Shown one piece after another: positions 35,206 to 49,640 of a DNA stretch of 64,000 nt. This DNA comes from Mobula hypostoma. Lineage: Eukaryota. The number at the start of each line of letters is the position of its first letter. Position 1 is the stretch's first letter. The notes under the pieces were generated by a model. It was given only the letters and a program-made list of their open reading frames with translations. It had not been told where the DNA came from and made no database searches. The position numbers and the translations under genes are program-made. The stretch is taken from contig NC_086097.1 in NCBI RefSeq assembly GCF_963921235.1, positions 116,872,001 through 116,936,000 on the forward strand. Reading direction: 5' to 3'.

Positions 35206-37109
35206 AGTAAGTCAATAATAACATTGTAAGTTTCCAGTGGTAGAACAATAGAAGCTTGGTCTGCAGTAGGAGCTGTATGAGAGAACTGGAAAGTTGGGAG
35301 GAGGTTGAGAGTGAGGAGCAATAGAGAGAAGCAGGACACTGAAGAGAGATCAAAGCATATTATGTCAAGAGGAGTGTTGCATTGAGTCCACAGTTGTTGG
35401 AAAAGAGCATCAAGAAAGTTGGTGAGAACTTGGAAACAACTTTGAAGTTGGAAAACGATAAGGAAAGCATCAAGAGACAGAGTATTGCATAAAACAGCAG
35501 CACAAAGTCTTAAAGTGTGAAAGCAAGCCTAAGGTCATAATGATTCAATCGACAAGATAGACAGCGTCAGTATCCTTGTTTTACTTTTTATTTGGTCTTG
35601 TGATCTGAAGAATTATCCTGGTGAAGCACTGGAGTAATACAACCACCAATCCCTCCATAAAATCCCCCAAATACACCAGCTGGGTAAGTAAGCCAATGTC
35701 GTCATCTTCACCCAGGCTAACATCGTAGGCATTGAGGCCTTAATTACATTTGCCAGCTCAGATTAACAGGCCATGCCATTCACAGACATAATCAGACTCC
35801 TGACATTCTACACAGCAACAGGTTACTAGAAGATCAGATTCAAAGATGTTATCAAGCCCTCCTTGAAAGTGTGAAAAGATTCCCACTAGCACTTAAGATC
35901 AGCAAAGTTGAAGATATGAAATAAAAAGAGTAAAATGCTTAGAACATTCAACATGCTGCACAGATCTGTAGAAGGAGAATTAGTGTTCATATTTCAGGAG
36001 CCTTGCTCTTTGCAGGGAAAGAGAGAAAATTTAGTTTTAAGTCGAAGAGAACAAGAAGAGGGGTGGATGGAGGAAAATAGATCTTTGAATGTCTGTTTGC
36101 TGGTAAGTTGTGAAGGTTGAATCTTTGAATACATTCAATGTTGAGGTGAACAGATTTTTGCTTAAAAGGGGATCCATAGATTTTGAGGACTCGACAAGAA
36201 ACTCAGGGTAATGGAATGGCTGATAGAGTGGCTGTCTGCAGGAAAATGAATCTGTGTTATATATTGCATACATACTTTGATCATAAAGTACTTTGACTTT
36301 GAATGGTGGAGGAGATGCAAGATACCATGTGGCCCATGCCTATGTCAGTTTCTTAAGTACTTGTATTCTTATTAGCAATCAAACAATTCTCAGAATCTGG
36401 ATGAAATCCAGTAAGAGCAAACATTCATTAGTACCTCCTTTCCTAAAGACAATATCCAAAATGGATCAATGTAATTAACTAGTTTCATGAAGAATCAAGG
36501 TAATCATTAAAGTTATGACATCTGACAATAGATTCTCCATGCAATTACAAGCAGATCCCTTTTCAATCCAATCTTGACAATCTGATTGTGACTTCCATGG
36601 CATTTTAACTGCCTTGTTATGGTGGTCTTGAACTAAGCCCTTCCCTCCCAAAGTAACATTCAGGGAAAAAAGAGTGTGAAGATCCCTGTCTCCTCCTTAA
36701 TCAGTGAAGACATGCTTGCTCTCTGAGGGTGAGTGGGTAACCTTAACTAAACCTAGTAATCACCACATTGAATTTCACCAGTGCAGAGAAAGGAGCATTT
36801 CTTCAAATCAGTGGACACCGTTAGGAATCTGTGGTGGTTGTTGTCCTAAACCGAGTAATGTCACGCAGATAACATTATTGTAATATTGAAGTGGCTGTTT
36901 GCCGAGATGTTTAGCCACTCTGTAGAAACATCTCATCACCTAGTTGTGCAGGGTTTTCACAGTGCCTGCTGAGAGGAGCATTTACAGAGGTGCATTCCTG
37001 CCATTTTATTCATCCTATCAGATAAGGGGATCTAGCCTCTGTCCAAAGGTATCAGAAAGAAGGCACAGCAGAGCCTCTACTTTTATACATTTGCATAGAT
37101 TCAACATTT

Positions 37110-37710
37110 CCCTTTGCAGAGATCCTCCACAGACGCACAGTGGAGAGCATCTTGACTGGGTGCATCACAGCCTAGTATGGAAACAGCAATGCACAGGGAT
37201 AGAAAAGTCTACAGAAGTTGATGAATTCGGCGAGTCCATCATAGGAAATGCAACCCCCCCCCACCCCCACAACTGAGCAGATTTACAAGGAGCGCTGACT
37301 CAAGAAAGCAGCATCAATCATCAAGTACTCCGACCATCAAAGCCAGGCTCTCTTCTCATGGCTACTATTGAGTAGAAGGCATGGGAGCCCTAAGTCCAAT
37401 GCCACCAAGCTCAGGCACAGTTATTATCCTGCAACCATCAGGTTCCTGAATCAGTGTAGATAATCTCAACCACCAGAATTCTGAACTCATTTCACAATCT
37501 ACTAACCCACTTTCAAACTGGTATTCTCAATATTATTGATATTTTATTTGATATATTTGTCTTCTTTTGCACATTTCTTGTTTGTGTGTCTTTAATTATG
37601 TATATTTTTCATAAATTCTATTATATTTCTTTATTTTCCTATAAATGCCCGCAAGAAAATGAATCTCAAGGCATAGTGACATACATACTCCCTCAATAAA
37701 TTTTCTTTGT
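37110..37710 (+). mobile_element. LINE 3' end (Rex1/Babar-like)
   Basis: TVESILTGCITA.YGN...KKAASIIK remnant, plus the 3' UTR ATGCCCGCAAGAAAATGAATCTC shared with about 25790 and, inverted, about 28790. Confidence 0.7.
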
Positions 37711-39464
37711 CTATAATTATTTGGGAGAAATTAACTGTTATCATTTCCCATCAGTAATCATTATTAAATCAGTGCTGGTGGAGCATAAGCCACAGAGAAA
37801 TTTTGCATCAATCATATTGTCTCTGTTGGTGAGTCACTGCAGGATGCCTTTCACTTACCTAATCAGTGGCTTATAGAATACTAAACAGAAAGGTAATAAT
37901 CCAGTTTAGCATCATCCGAAAATATTACTCTTGTGTGCATAGTCAAAGCTAGTCCCTTCTGTGGAAATGATGGAATGCCGTCCTTGACTAAGATGGGAAA
38001 TGCCCTTAATGAGAAGTTCCGAATGTATATGCACATTTTCTCTGCTGTACAGATATTTCTAAATACTAATAATTACATTGACAGCAGGATGGTCAATCTT
38101 TTGTACTCATTTACTTCAAATCTGACTTCACAACTATACGTAACTGAGTGACCCAGTGCCCTGTAGCACAAGTTACCTCAAAGGGGAAATGAACCTTCCT
38201 TCCATAAATGAGAAAGCAGATATTGGATCCCGATTCTTTTGTGATCCAAAGATTCTCCGGAAGTCAAGAGTGAGGTGATAAGCTTATTGTTTATCGTCGT
38301 TTTATTAAGCGTTACAAGAATGGAAAACAGACAAGAACGAGGAACTGAAAGAAGGAAAAGACAAAGGAAAAAGCAGTTGTGCTCGTCTCATACTCAGACC
38401 AGAGATAACAAAATTCCTGTGATAACAGTTAGCCTAGAAAACAGCCAGTTTCAAATGGGGTGACATCTACTACTGAAAACTAAGATGTTTCTCGTAAAAT
38501 ACAGAAGCAAATATACCCTAATTATTGAAAAATTCACTGAACAATTACATGTATATAGGTGATTATATAAAAATACAAACAAATATATAAAAATTAAATT
38601 ACAAGATACAATAATAATTTTATACCCCAATCCACCACATAGGAAGCACATCAATGACTCAGCTAAATGTAATATCTTACCACTTTGAGACATGCTTGTA
38701 CCCTGCTTAACTCCACAGATCTTTAATAAACATTATTATTATAGAAGATTGACATAGACTGGTAGGTCGGATGCACAAATATTTGACTTACAGCACTCAT
38801 ATTTCCGATTTTTACACAGATGAAGAAACATGGTGTGAGCTGGTCCATTTGGTGCAATTAGCATATGGGCTCTCTATGGAACAGTCCAGGGAAGATTAGT
38901 AAACCACTGCCTGTAAAATTGATTCTTGGGTTCAGCTGACAAAATTTTCCTGTAACAGCAGGAAAGCTGAACAACTGGGCACTGCATGGTTGGACTCTAT
39001 GAGGAGATCACCAAGCGATCAGTTGCAACAGTGGCGCAGGAGGTTAGAGACGAGGTGTGCTTTAATTTGCAGCCCTGATGAGTGAGTGGGTTAGGGGCTC
39101 CCCAGTGTACAGTACAAATAAGCACCCAGCCCTCACAAAGTGACAAATTGAATGGAAACAGAAGTATAAACCCTGCATAGAATGATGAGTAATCTACATT
39201 ATTGATAGTTAGTTGCCACACCAAACCAGACATTTTTACACTAGGTTTATAACTCGCAACCAGTATGAACAGGTATGGGATCACCATGCAGTTTAGATCC
39301 TTCACACCAACAGGGTGTGCACTACAATATAATTATTTTCCAAAGAACATTTTAGTTTTACCCACCTTTGAGCTCGGACTTTTAACATCACTTATGATAA
39401 CTTTCTAGCCATTTGAGTCTTCCCACATTCTCAGCTAAAAAGAGTCATTATAGAGTTATCTATC

Positions 39465-40345
39465 GGCCATAAGACCCTATCGTAACATATAGGTGCAGAA
39501 TTAGGCCATTCAGCCCATCGAGACTGTCCTGCCATTCCATCATGGCAGATTTATTATCTCTCTGCCTTCTCCCCGTAACCTTTGATACCCTTACTTATCA
39601 TTACCTCCACTTAAAATATCCTCAATAACTTGGCTTTCACAGCCTCCTGTGGCAATGAATACTGCAGATTCACCATCTTCTGTCTAAGAGAATTCCTTCT
39701 CATCTCTGTTCTAAAGGGATGATCTTCCATTCTGAGGCTGTGCCAATATAGGAAACATCCTCTTCACGTCCACTTTATCTAGGCCTTTCAATTCAATAGG
39801 TTTCAGTGAGATCGGCCCTCATTCTTCTAAACTGCAGCGAGTATAGGCCCAGAGCTATCAAATGCTCCTTATACATTAACCCTTTCATTCCTGGGATCAT
39901 TCTTGTGAACCTCATCTGGAACCTCTCTAATACCAGCACATCCTTTTTTAGACTAGGGGCCCAAAATTGCTCACAGTTCTCCAACTGTGGTCTGACCAAT
40001 GGCTCATAAAGCCTTAGCACGACATCCTTGATTTTACATTCTAGTCCTCTTGAAACAAATGCAAACAGTACATTTGCCTTCCTGACCCACTGACTCAACC
40101 TGCAAGTCAATCTTTATGGATTCCCGCACAAGGACGTCCAAGTGCCATTACACCTCTGTTTACTGAATTTGTTCCCTGTTTAGAAAATAGTCTGCACTTT
40201 GAATATATGACCATACACTTCCCGTCTGCCCCTCCACCTGTCTTTGTACTGTCCCCAAACTTGGCCAGTAAGCCACCAATTCCATCATCCAAAATACTGA
40301 CATATAACGTGTAAAGAATCGGTTCCAACACCAACCCCTGTGGAA
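39465..40345 (-). mobile_element. CR1 LINE 3' part
   Basis: VRKAN..AF.SRGLE...LVRPQLENCEQFWAP.LKKD...RFTRMIPGMKGL (ORF 39793-40110). Confidence 0.85.
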
Positions 40346-40932
40346 TATCTAGATAGATATTTATGATTTCAGTAATATTTGATAGTATAGTAAATATATA
40401 TTTTAATTAAGCATTCTTTGTTTGTGTACATAATTCATTACAGGTCATACGTAAGAAGCACGTGAATGGCACACGTCATTATGAACCCGTGTCCTAAGTG
40501 CGCACCTCACCAAAAGTAAAACTAAATGTACATGAGTTATGTCAAGCTCCATGTTTCTCTTTCAATTGGTTTTATGTTTTGGAGTTACAAAATGTAGCAG
40601 TATGTTACCAACAGTGCTGTTGTGTTGGGAACCTGAGCACTGGGAAAATCATAGGAACCCATGGTCCTGCCCACTGCTGTGTCAGAAACCTGAAGTAAAC
40701 CAAACATTGAAATTTCCATCAATAAGTTTGCAGAGAGGTTGCCTGTGAGTAACATGAGGAGCCAACACCTTCTCAGACTGTTGAAACTGCACTGCTCCAC
40801 TCGGCTCGTTGTGATGCAATACAATTATTTTTGTTATGTATTATTTAGAGATACAGTGTGGAATAGGCCTCATGCACCACCCAGCAACCCACTGATTTAC
40901 AGGGCAATTTTCAATGACTAATTAACCTATTA

Positions 40933-41578
40933 TGATTATGAGGACATGCAGTCCCCTTTTATTGTCATTTAGTAACGCATGCATTAAGAAATGATAAAAA
41001 TGTTTTTCCAGAATGGTATCACGAAAACACATGACAAACCGTCTTAAAAACTAACAAAAACCGCAAAATTATAACGTGTAGTTACAACAGTGCAAAGCAA
41101 TACCGTAATTTGATAGGAACAGACCATGGCACAGTAAAAATCTCAGTCTCGAAAGTCCCATCATCTCACGCAGATGGTAAACCTCCAGTGCCGCCAACTT
41201 GCTGATGCAGCATTCCGGAAGCATCCGACCACAGTCCGACTCCGAGTCCGTTCGAAAAACTCCGAGCCTTGGACCACCTATTCGACACCGAGCACCGAGC
41301 ACCATCTCTGCCGAGCGTTTCGACCCCAGCCCCGGCAACAGGCGATATGCAAAGCCGAGGATTTGGGGCCTTCATCTCCAGAGATTCTCGATTGCACAGT
41401 AGCAGCGGCAGTGAAGCAGGCATTTCAGAAGTTACTCCAGATGTTCCTCTGCACTTCTCACGGCTGTCCCCATCAAATCCGGATTGTGCATGGCACCCCT
41501 AGTTACACATATCGATATTCATTCGGAACGGCTGCATGTGCTGCGTTGTGCCACCATCTTCTCCTCTCTCCGAACCTC
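40933..41578 (-). mobile_element. About 640-bp non-autonomous retroelement, copy 1, nested in a V-SINE (about 40840-41710)
   Basis: 7-bp TSD CCTATTA at 40926-40932 and 41579-41585. Reverse strand starts GAGAAGATGGTGGC and ends GACAATAAAA...CATAATC. Homologous to 44003-44615. Confidence 0.75.
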
Positions 41579-44002
41579 CCTATTAACCGCTTGTCTTAGG
41601 ACTGCTGGAGGAAATAGGGGCACCCGGAGGAAACCCACATGCACATGGGAAGGAAATTACAAACTTGCTCACAGAGGATGCTAGAACTGAACTCCAAACT
41701 CCGATGCTTCCAACTTCTTTGTTGCATTTCGCACCCTCACCAACACACCACAGCAAATATGTAATTTATGTAAATGTATATGGCAAATAAAGCTGAGCTT
41801 TGATCCTTGGTCTATTATTTATAAAGAAGCAGATTACTGTTAGTTTAGTTACTTGCGTCCTTTGGTAAATTCACAGCTCTTCTGCAGTTTTGATCTGACA
41901 GAGGAGAGTTTAATTAAGATTTTTAGTTGGCAGCATTTCCTTAAAAAACAGGTTCCACTTTAATAGTAAAGCCCATTAAATTGTTATCTCATTGACAGGT
42001 GACATCAGTATGATTGGTACTCCAAAGAGATAATTATAATGATGCACTTGGATGTCCATGTTATAGTTTTTAAAGCACGCTGTTAGAACTGATTGAAGAT
42101 CGCTCGATTTGACTCCATAGAACTCAATTCTAGCAAGTAATGCAATAATTTGGAAAATACCCAGCTCCCATTGAATGACCTTTACGATTATGCTGAATGG
42201 AGAAAATATTACCAGAAGAATAATAACTTACTTTAAAGTTTGCACTTTGTTATTAGAGGGTACAATTCATTGCAAAAATGTTATTTAGATTTGTATTCTG
42301 CTATCATAGTTATTAAATCATTGCTGTGAATTAAACAGGATATTTTACAATGGAGTAACTTTAACCTGGAGAAATTATGTGAAAAATTCGATTTCAAGTC
42401 ATTATTTTTCTCACAATGGCTATAATTATTTTTACTTGCAATTAATGGTTGCTGTGAGCATTAAATGGTAAATCATGATCACCCTCTGCTAAATCTTCTG
42501 AGGATTACTGAGAGTTGAGGTTAGCTTGGAGGAAGATTATTTAGCACGTAGCTCTGGATTAAACCTCTCCGCACCCACTTATGGTTTCTTCCTCCTTCCT
42601 TTCTTGGCCAAAATGTCAACTGTTTATTCCCTTCCATAGTTGCTGCCTGACTTGTTGAGCTCCTCCAGCACTGTGTGAGTGAGTGTGTGTGTGTGCGCGA
42701 GCGCGCACTCACTCACATAACTCACGTAGATGATTTGTTTTGTCTTACAGTATGTTGTTGTGCAAATATTCACTCATTATATATATAATTTAGTTATATG
42801 TTTACAAAGGATTTACTTCATTGTTCAGAACTGTGTAATATGCATGACTTTAGTGTGGTCAGGACACCATCTTGTGGTTACAGGTTTAAGTACATGGATC
42901 TGGCTCAGAAATCAACAGTGGCTGTCTTTTCTGTATTATCAGAGCAACCAAGGCCCAGGATGTCCATGAATACTGCAGACAAACTCTGCACAGAAATCGT
43001 TTGGGTGTAACAGATTTAGTACAGTGATGACAAGATCAAATGGAAGGAGCAAAGATCAGACTGTGATGCAAAAAGACCAGGGAGAATGGCGTAAGCTTTG
43101 AGACCAATGGCAAACATCAACTAGGTTACACGGGGAAGAGAGGAGAGACAAAATGTTGGATATAAATAAATATTGCTTAATGCATCCTTTGGGATTGCTA
43201 TTAATCTTCATTTTTACGAATCCACTCCCATCCTTTTCAATGCCATCTCTTCAATGAAAGTGGGTCAAATAATGTAAGGATTTCTGAAATGTATTCTAAT
43301 GCTTGATCTATTAGAAAGAGAGGATTAGTTTGTAAGAGTTGAGTTTGTTGGTTTGTCTGACTCATGGCAAATAAACTACCTCTGAGTTTGTGAGCTGTGT
43401 GTGGACATTTCAAGTGTGTGTAAAGATTGGTCACCTGAATGTGTGATGATGAGAAAATACTGAAGTACATTGTACTGGATTACCAGACTGATATTGATTG
43501 TGAAGTTGTCAAGGTGGGGGTCGGGGAAGTGAGTGGTTGGTGCAGGAGCTAAGCTGTGAACTTAGTTCCTTGGCCGCAACATGTTCCCAAACATAGGGAC
43601 CCGAGGGAGCTTTCCTCTGGGAATTAAAGGATAATTTCCCTCCTCCTTCTCTCCAGGGATAATGCATCTGTTGTTTCTTTTTAGCACTTCTGCATGCAAA
43701 ACCAAATTATAGACCCTAAACTGTCTACAGAATATGTTTTATTTAAGCCAATAACTCTAGCTGTTTCCAGTACAAAAATCAAAAGTCATATCATGTGACA
43801 TGCTGAATTTCGAAAGGTACTCTTACTTATATACACCATAGTCCCTTAAATTATAAATAAATATATGCAAATCAAAGTGCAGTGGTTTATTAATAGCAAA
43901 CACATTTCCTTCCCAGTTTACAAACACCCAATTTAAGTGTAGTCTGAACATACGACTGAGCCTTTGGCAGAGCAATGGGATGCAATTAGGATTATGAAGA
44001 CT

Positions 44003-44615
44003 CATAATTCTCTTTTATTGTCATTTAGGAATGCATGCATTAAGAAATGATACATTATTTCCTCCGGTGTGATATCACAGAAACACAGGACAGACCAAGA
44101 CTGAAAAAAAACTAACAAAACCACATAATTATAACATATAGTTACAACAGTGCACAATACCATAACTTGATGAAGAAGTCCATGAGCACAGTAAAGTCCA
44201 AAGTTTCTCAAATGTCCCACATCTCACGCAGACGGGAAAAGGAAGAAAAACTCTCCCTGCCATGCTGACCACAATCCGACTCTGAGCAATCCAAAAACTT
44301 CGAGCTCTGATCAGTTCTCTGACACCGAGTACTGAGCGCCATCTCTGTCCGAATGATTCGACCTCCTTCTCGGTCGCCAAAAGCAGGCAAGGCCGGGGAT
44401 TTTGAGGTCTACCCTCCGAAAGATTCCCGACCACACAGTAACGACAGCAGTGAACGGGCGTTTCAGAAATTTCTCCAGATGTTCCTCTGTACTTTCAAGT
44501 CTATTCTCCATCAAATCAGAATTGTCTATGGCCCCTACTTAACAGATACGATGTCATTTTTCACCAGAGGGCTGCGCACGCGTGGCACACCGCCATCTTC
44601 TCCTCCCGCCTTGCT
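44003..44615 (-). mobile_element. About 610-bp non-autonomous retroelement, copy 2
   Basis: Collinear with 40933-41578 (TTTTATTGTCATTTAG...GCATTAAGAAATGATA...TTTCAGAA.TT.CTCCAGATGTTCCTCTG...CGCCATCTTCTCC). Confidence 0.75.
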
Positions 44616-45334
44616 GCTGCTATAAGGCCATAAGACAGGAATAGAAATAGGTAATTTGGCCTATCAAATATGCTGTGCCATTCCATTATGGCTGATTCAT
44701 TATCAGTCTCAACCCATCCTCCTGCCTTCTCCCTGTAACGTTTGACATCCTTACTTATCAAAAACCTATGAACCTCTGCTTTAAATATTACCCAATGACT
44801 TGGCCTCCATAGCCATGTGTGGCAATGAATTCCACAGATTTACCACCCTCTGGCTATAGAAATTCCTCCTCATTTCTGTTCTAAAGGGACATCCTTGTAT
44901 TCTGGGGTAAACTACAGAGTTTAAGGTATCATCTGCTTTGTCGGCAATCAGCTCACAGCCACATTTTGAGTTGTGAACTGATCGGGTTACAATCCAACCA
45001 AAGGAGTAAAATCCAGAGAGGATCTGTACAGTTAATCTGGCTATAATTTCAGTTAACCTTCTGACCTTTTTGACCTCAGAGTTCCTCAATTTCTGAGGTG
45101 CATTTGTGATTCCTGAAGTGTTGAGTCCAGATGCCCTCGATCTCCTTCTACAGACTACCTGTCATTCTCTGGGATTTGGATCATCTGTATGTCCCTAACC
45201 AAAGTGCTCACCATGAGGATCTGTTTTTGTCTGCGTCTCTGTCCTGCTCCCAAGCACACCTTGCTTGGTATCATGAGTACATGGTAAACTATTTATGTGA
45301 AATTTTCAACTTGTATTGCCCATCTTCACCATGA

Positions 45335-46125
45335 AAGTTCAAAGGTACATTTAATGTCAGAGAAATGTATACAATATACACCCTGAAATGCTTTTTCTTC
45401 ACAACCATCCACGAAAACAGAGAAGTGCCCCAAAGAATGAATGACAGTTAAATGTTAAAACCCCAAAGATCCCCCCAGCTCCTCTCCCTCCCACACGTAA
45501 GTGGCAGCAAGCAACAAACCCTCCGCCCCCCCACTGGCAATAAAAAAGCATCGACACCCGCCACTGAGCACTCAAGCGTGAGCAACACAACAGCAAAGAC
45601 ACAGACTTCAGTACCCCAAAGTCTACTTGTTCACCTGATATTCGACATACCACAGGCTCTCTCTCTCCCTAATAAGGGAGAAAGAGATGTCTCCGTTTCA
45701 CAGCAAGAAGGGAGACACAACAAACACCTTGCTAGTTTACGATGTTAAAAGTCCGTTCCATTGTTTTTTCTGAGCTCTGTGCCCACAGATCTCAGGTCTC
45801 TGGGCACACAGCCAAAGATCTTCCAGCTCTCGTGACATACCGGTCTGGAACACTGACCTTCGATCCGCCCGTCTCCAGAACCCTGAGATCTTAGACTTCC
45901 AAAGGTGAGCTGAGCTCTTAGGCTGAGTCCTGGGCGTGCCAAAAAACGGCCAGTTGTGAAACCCCAAGAGCAGGTCCCGTTCCCACAAAGAACTGTAGTC
46001 AACGTGTAACTCCAGGTCAGGGTCTTCAAGAGAACCCTGAAAGGGAAAAACAGAGATATTAGAGATGGAAATAGAGCTGTTTCTGAAGATGTAAGCAAAG
46101 GAGTCACTGTTAGGCATCGTTGTGT
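45335..46125 (-). mobile_element. Non-autonomous repeat with LINE-type tail; second copy at 61410-61805(+)
   Basis: 45345-45725 is the reverse complement of 61410-61795 (GAGAGAGAGCCTGTGGTATG...TTTAACTGTCATTC...CATTTCTCTGACATTAAATGTAC). Confidence 0.7.
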
Positions 46126-46384
46126 CCTCCTAAGCTCCCAGAACATCTACAATCTCTGCATCTAAATGATCGTCCATTGTCTGATGACCATGCCACTCTC
46201 AGAGTTCCTTCCACTTCAGGCCATGTCTTCTGTGTTTAGGATGTTTACCTTCCCTTCTGATGCCTCATTTTCCCACTTTCTCCTCTTCCAGGCTTGCACC
46301 ATCCATCCACTTTTAAGAATGTTAGCCATTGAATTTTAGTCAGGATACGCGGAGGTGGAGCGGAGGGCGTTACTCCATCTTTAT

Positions 46385-46640
46385 TCATTTTTATTTAGCG
46401 ATACAACACGGTATCAGGCCCTTCTGGCCAAACAAGCCCACAGCGCCCAGTTGCACCCTTGTGACCAATTAAACTACTAACCGCGCAGCTTTGGAAATTG
46501 GAGCAAAACCGGAGCACCGGAGGAATCCCAGGAGGTCACAGGGATAAAGTACAAACTCTTTACAGACAGCAGCAGGAACTGAGTGGGGGGTCACTAGCAC
46601 TGTAAAGTTTTACTCCAACTGTATGCTGCCGTGCTGCACA
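46385..46640 (-). mobile_element. V-SINE-like SINE
   Basis: AAAACCGGAGCACCGGAGGAATCCCA is the reverse of the V domain. (TTTA)n tail at the left end. Confidence 0.65.
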
Positions 46641-47184
46641 ATGGCAGAAACAGTATCAGCTGATGAATTTTGCACTGCTTGATTCTTGTCCAATAAGCAC
46701 GGCTCCACCTTGTGGAGAGCTCATCCAGGCACTTGGTGGGATGGAGCAGGGTTTCACTAGAATAGGCAAAGTGTGCTGAGCTCAACTGTGAATCGTCATT
46801 GGATACCGGTTCCTAAAGAAGGCTAAGAGTTATAAAATTGACCTCAGGGTCTCTTTGGTCTTCCCTGCAACAGTGTTTGCACCAATCATGTATGCAACTA
46901 GGGGGCGATTAGCACAGTCACTTTCTAAAGTAAGTACATGTTCAGCACAGCGTCGTGGGCCGCAGGGCCTGTATTGTGCTGTAGGTTTTCCATGTTCTAT
47001 GTTGTAATCACTTTACAGTGCCGTATGTAAGATCAGAGTTCGATTCCTGACACTGTTCGTAAGAAGTTTGAATGTTCTCCCCATGACCACATGGGTTTCC
47101 TCTTGATGCTCTGGTTTCCTCCAACACTCCAAAGGACGTACAGTTAGGGATAGTAAGTTGTGGGCATGCTATGTTGGTGCCACA

Positions 47185-48445
47185 CTCAAAATGCTGGATG
47201 AACTTAGGAGGTCATTTCGGGCAGAGGCGTTCTTTAGGACTGGAAGGGAAGGAGGAAGATGCTAGAATTTTTTTAAAAATGGGTGGGGGAAAGGATGACT
47301 ACCTCGAAGGTGACAGGTGAAGCCAGGTGGGTGGGAAAGGTAAAGGGCTGAAGAAGAAGGAAACTGATGGGTGAGGAGCATGGACTGTGGGAGAAAGGGA
47401 AGAAGGAGGGGCACCAGTGGGAGGTGATAGGCAGGTGAGGAGAAGAGGTAAAAGGCCAGAGTGGAGAAAAGAAAAAGAGTGAAAGAGGAAGATCATGAAG
47501 TCATAGTCATAGAAAAATACAGCACAGAAACACTTTCTTCGGCCCATCTAGTCTGTGCCAAACCATTTAAACTGCCACAGCTCCCGAACTACTCCCCTCC
47601 ATACCCGCCGCCATCCATGTACCTATCCAAACTTATTGGTAAGCAAAAAAAAAAACAATTGGAAGGAGAAATTGATGTTCATGCCATCAGATTGGAGGCT
47701 GCTTAGACGAAATTTGAGATGTTGCTCCTCCACCCATGGCCTCCCCTTTTGTCCCATTGTAGCAAAAGAGGAGGCAAAGGACCATCATGTCAGAACTGAA
47801 ATGGGGATAGGAATTAAAATGGCTGGCCACCGGGAAATTCTGTTTTTAACCGATGGAGCAGAGGGGCTCGACAAAGCCCTACCCCAATTTATGCCAGGTC
47901 TTACCCATGTGGAAGAGGCTGTCATGAGCACTGGATAGAACAGATTTTGCAGGTGAAGAGTTGCCTCACCTGGAAAGACTGGGGCTCTGAATGGAGGAAA
48001 GACAGGAGGTGAATGGATAGGTGAATGTGCAGATGCAGCATTTCTGAAGCTTGCAGGGATATGTGGCAGGAGGGAAATTAGTGGGGAGGGACAAGTGGAC
48101 AGGGAAATCACAGAGAGAGTGATCTTTGCAGAAAGTGGAGAGTCAGAGGACAAGAGGTAAAGATGTGTTTGGTGATAGAATATCATTGAAGATGGTGAAT
48201 GGTGCTGAGTCTGATGTGTGGTATCTGGAGGATCATGGATGTCAGGTTGGTGATGACAAGAGGAGCTCTATCCTTATTAAGGCAGCAGGGAGACGGGGTG
48301 AGTGTGGATATCTGAGAAATGGAGGAGAACATTAATGGTGGAGATTATTGCTTATCCATTTCCATAGATGCTTCCTGACCTGCTTAGTTCCTCCATCATT
48401 TTGTGTGTGTTGCTCTGGATTTCCAGCATCTGCAGAATCTCTTAT
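47185..48445 (-). mobile_element. Older Penelope 3' fragment with an inverted terminus at 48350-48445
   Basis: 47670-48330 aligns by eye with 150-810 (GIY-YIG region). Ends TTTCCAGCATCTGCAGAATCTCTT on the + strand. Confidence 0.7.
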
Positions 48446-48580
48446 GTTTTTGTTGGCACCGGAAGTGTGGCAACACTTGTGGACTACCCATAACAATCCT
48501 CACTGATTTGTTTTGATTGAAAGCAACGTATTTCACTCGATGTTTCAATGTACATTGGGTGTTTGTCAATCTTTATGTAT

Positions 48581-48672
48581 AGTTTTCATAAATTCTCTTG
48601 TTTCTTTATTTTACTGTAAATGCCTGAGTTTTCATAAATTCTCTTGTTTCTTTATTTTACTGTAAATGCCTG
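48581..48672 (+). repeat. Perfect 46-bp tandem duplication
   Basis: AGTTTTCATAAATTCTCTTGTTTCTTTATTTTACTGTAAATGCCTG twice (48581-48626 and 48627-48672). Confidence 0.92.
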
Positions 48673-49224
48673 GAAAAAAATTAATCTCAAAGTCGTAAAT
48701 GGTTACATATACGTAGTGTGATAATACTTTTACTTTGACTTTTTAGTATTTAATTAGTCTTGCAGCCTGAGATTGTCTCTGTAGAACTTAGTAGCTGCAA
48801 GTTGTAGCAGGACGATAAGCTGATACTAAGGAAAAGATGGTTCATATACAGTGGAGAAACATTCTGAGGACGAGCAAAGACAGCAAATCCAGGCATCCAT
48901 GGGTAACAAAGGAGATATAGAAGAAGATAAAGATGATTATAAAAGAACCAAAGGGAATTGAAAACTAAAAGGCAGAGAGTGCAAATAAGGTAAATAATTA
49001 GCTGCCAGCATAAACTGGAACCCAAAAGTGTTCTGTGAGCGCATAAATGCAAAAGGAGAGTACGCTACATGGAGAAGGGAGACCTATTAAGGACAAAATG
49101 GGAACCTGCACGTGGATGCTGTCCACAATCTTAAAGTACTAAATGTGTACTTTGCATCTGTCTTCATCAAAGAGGAGGGGGCTTCCAAGGCATTAGTATA
49201 GAAAAAGGTAGTTGAAGCACTAAG

Positions 49225-49640
49225 GCCATAAGATATGGGAGCAGAATTAGGCCATTTAGCCCATCGAGTCTGCTCCACCATTTCATCATGGCTGATCCAT
49301 TTTCCCTCTCAGCCCCAATCTCCTGCCTTCTCCCCATATCCCTTCATGCTCTGGCTAATCAAAAATCCATCAACCTCTGCTTCAAATATACTCAACGACT
49401 TGGCCTCCACAGCTGCCTGTGGCAACAAATTCCACACATTCACTGCTCTCTGGCTGAAGAAGTTCCTCCTCATCTCCATTCTAAGGCTGGGTGCTCTGAT
49501 CTTAGACTCCCCCACCATCGGAAACATCCTCTCCACATCCACTCTATCAAGGCCTTTCAACATTTGACAGCTTTCAATGAGGTCATCCCTTATTCTTCTG
49601 AACTCCAGTGAGTAGAGGCCCAGAGCCATCAAACACTCTT
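49225..49640 (-). mobile_element. CR1 LINE 3' end
   Basis: LGLYSLEFRRIRDDLIE...KGLDRVDVERMFP...RRNFFSQRAVNVWNLLPQ (ORF 49309-49632). Confidence 0.85.

Noticed and set aside
41069..41599. Cluster of overlapping 67-141 aa ORFs as a small gene
   Set aside because: It lies in a GC-rich repeat, and the reading frames are not preserved intact in the second copy at 44003-44615.
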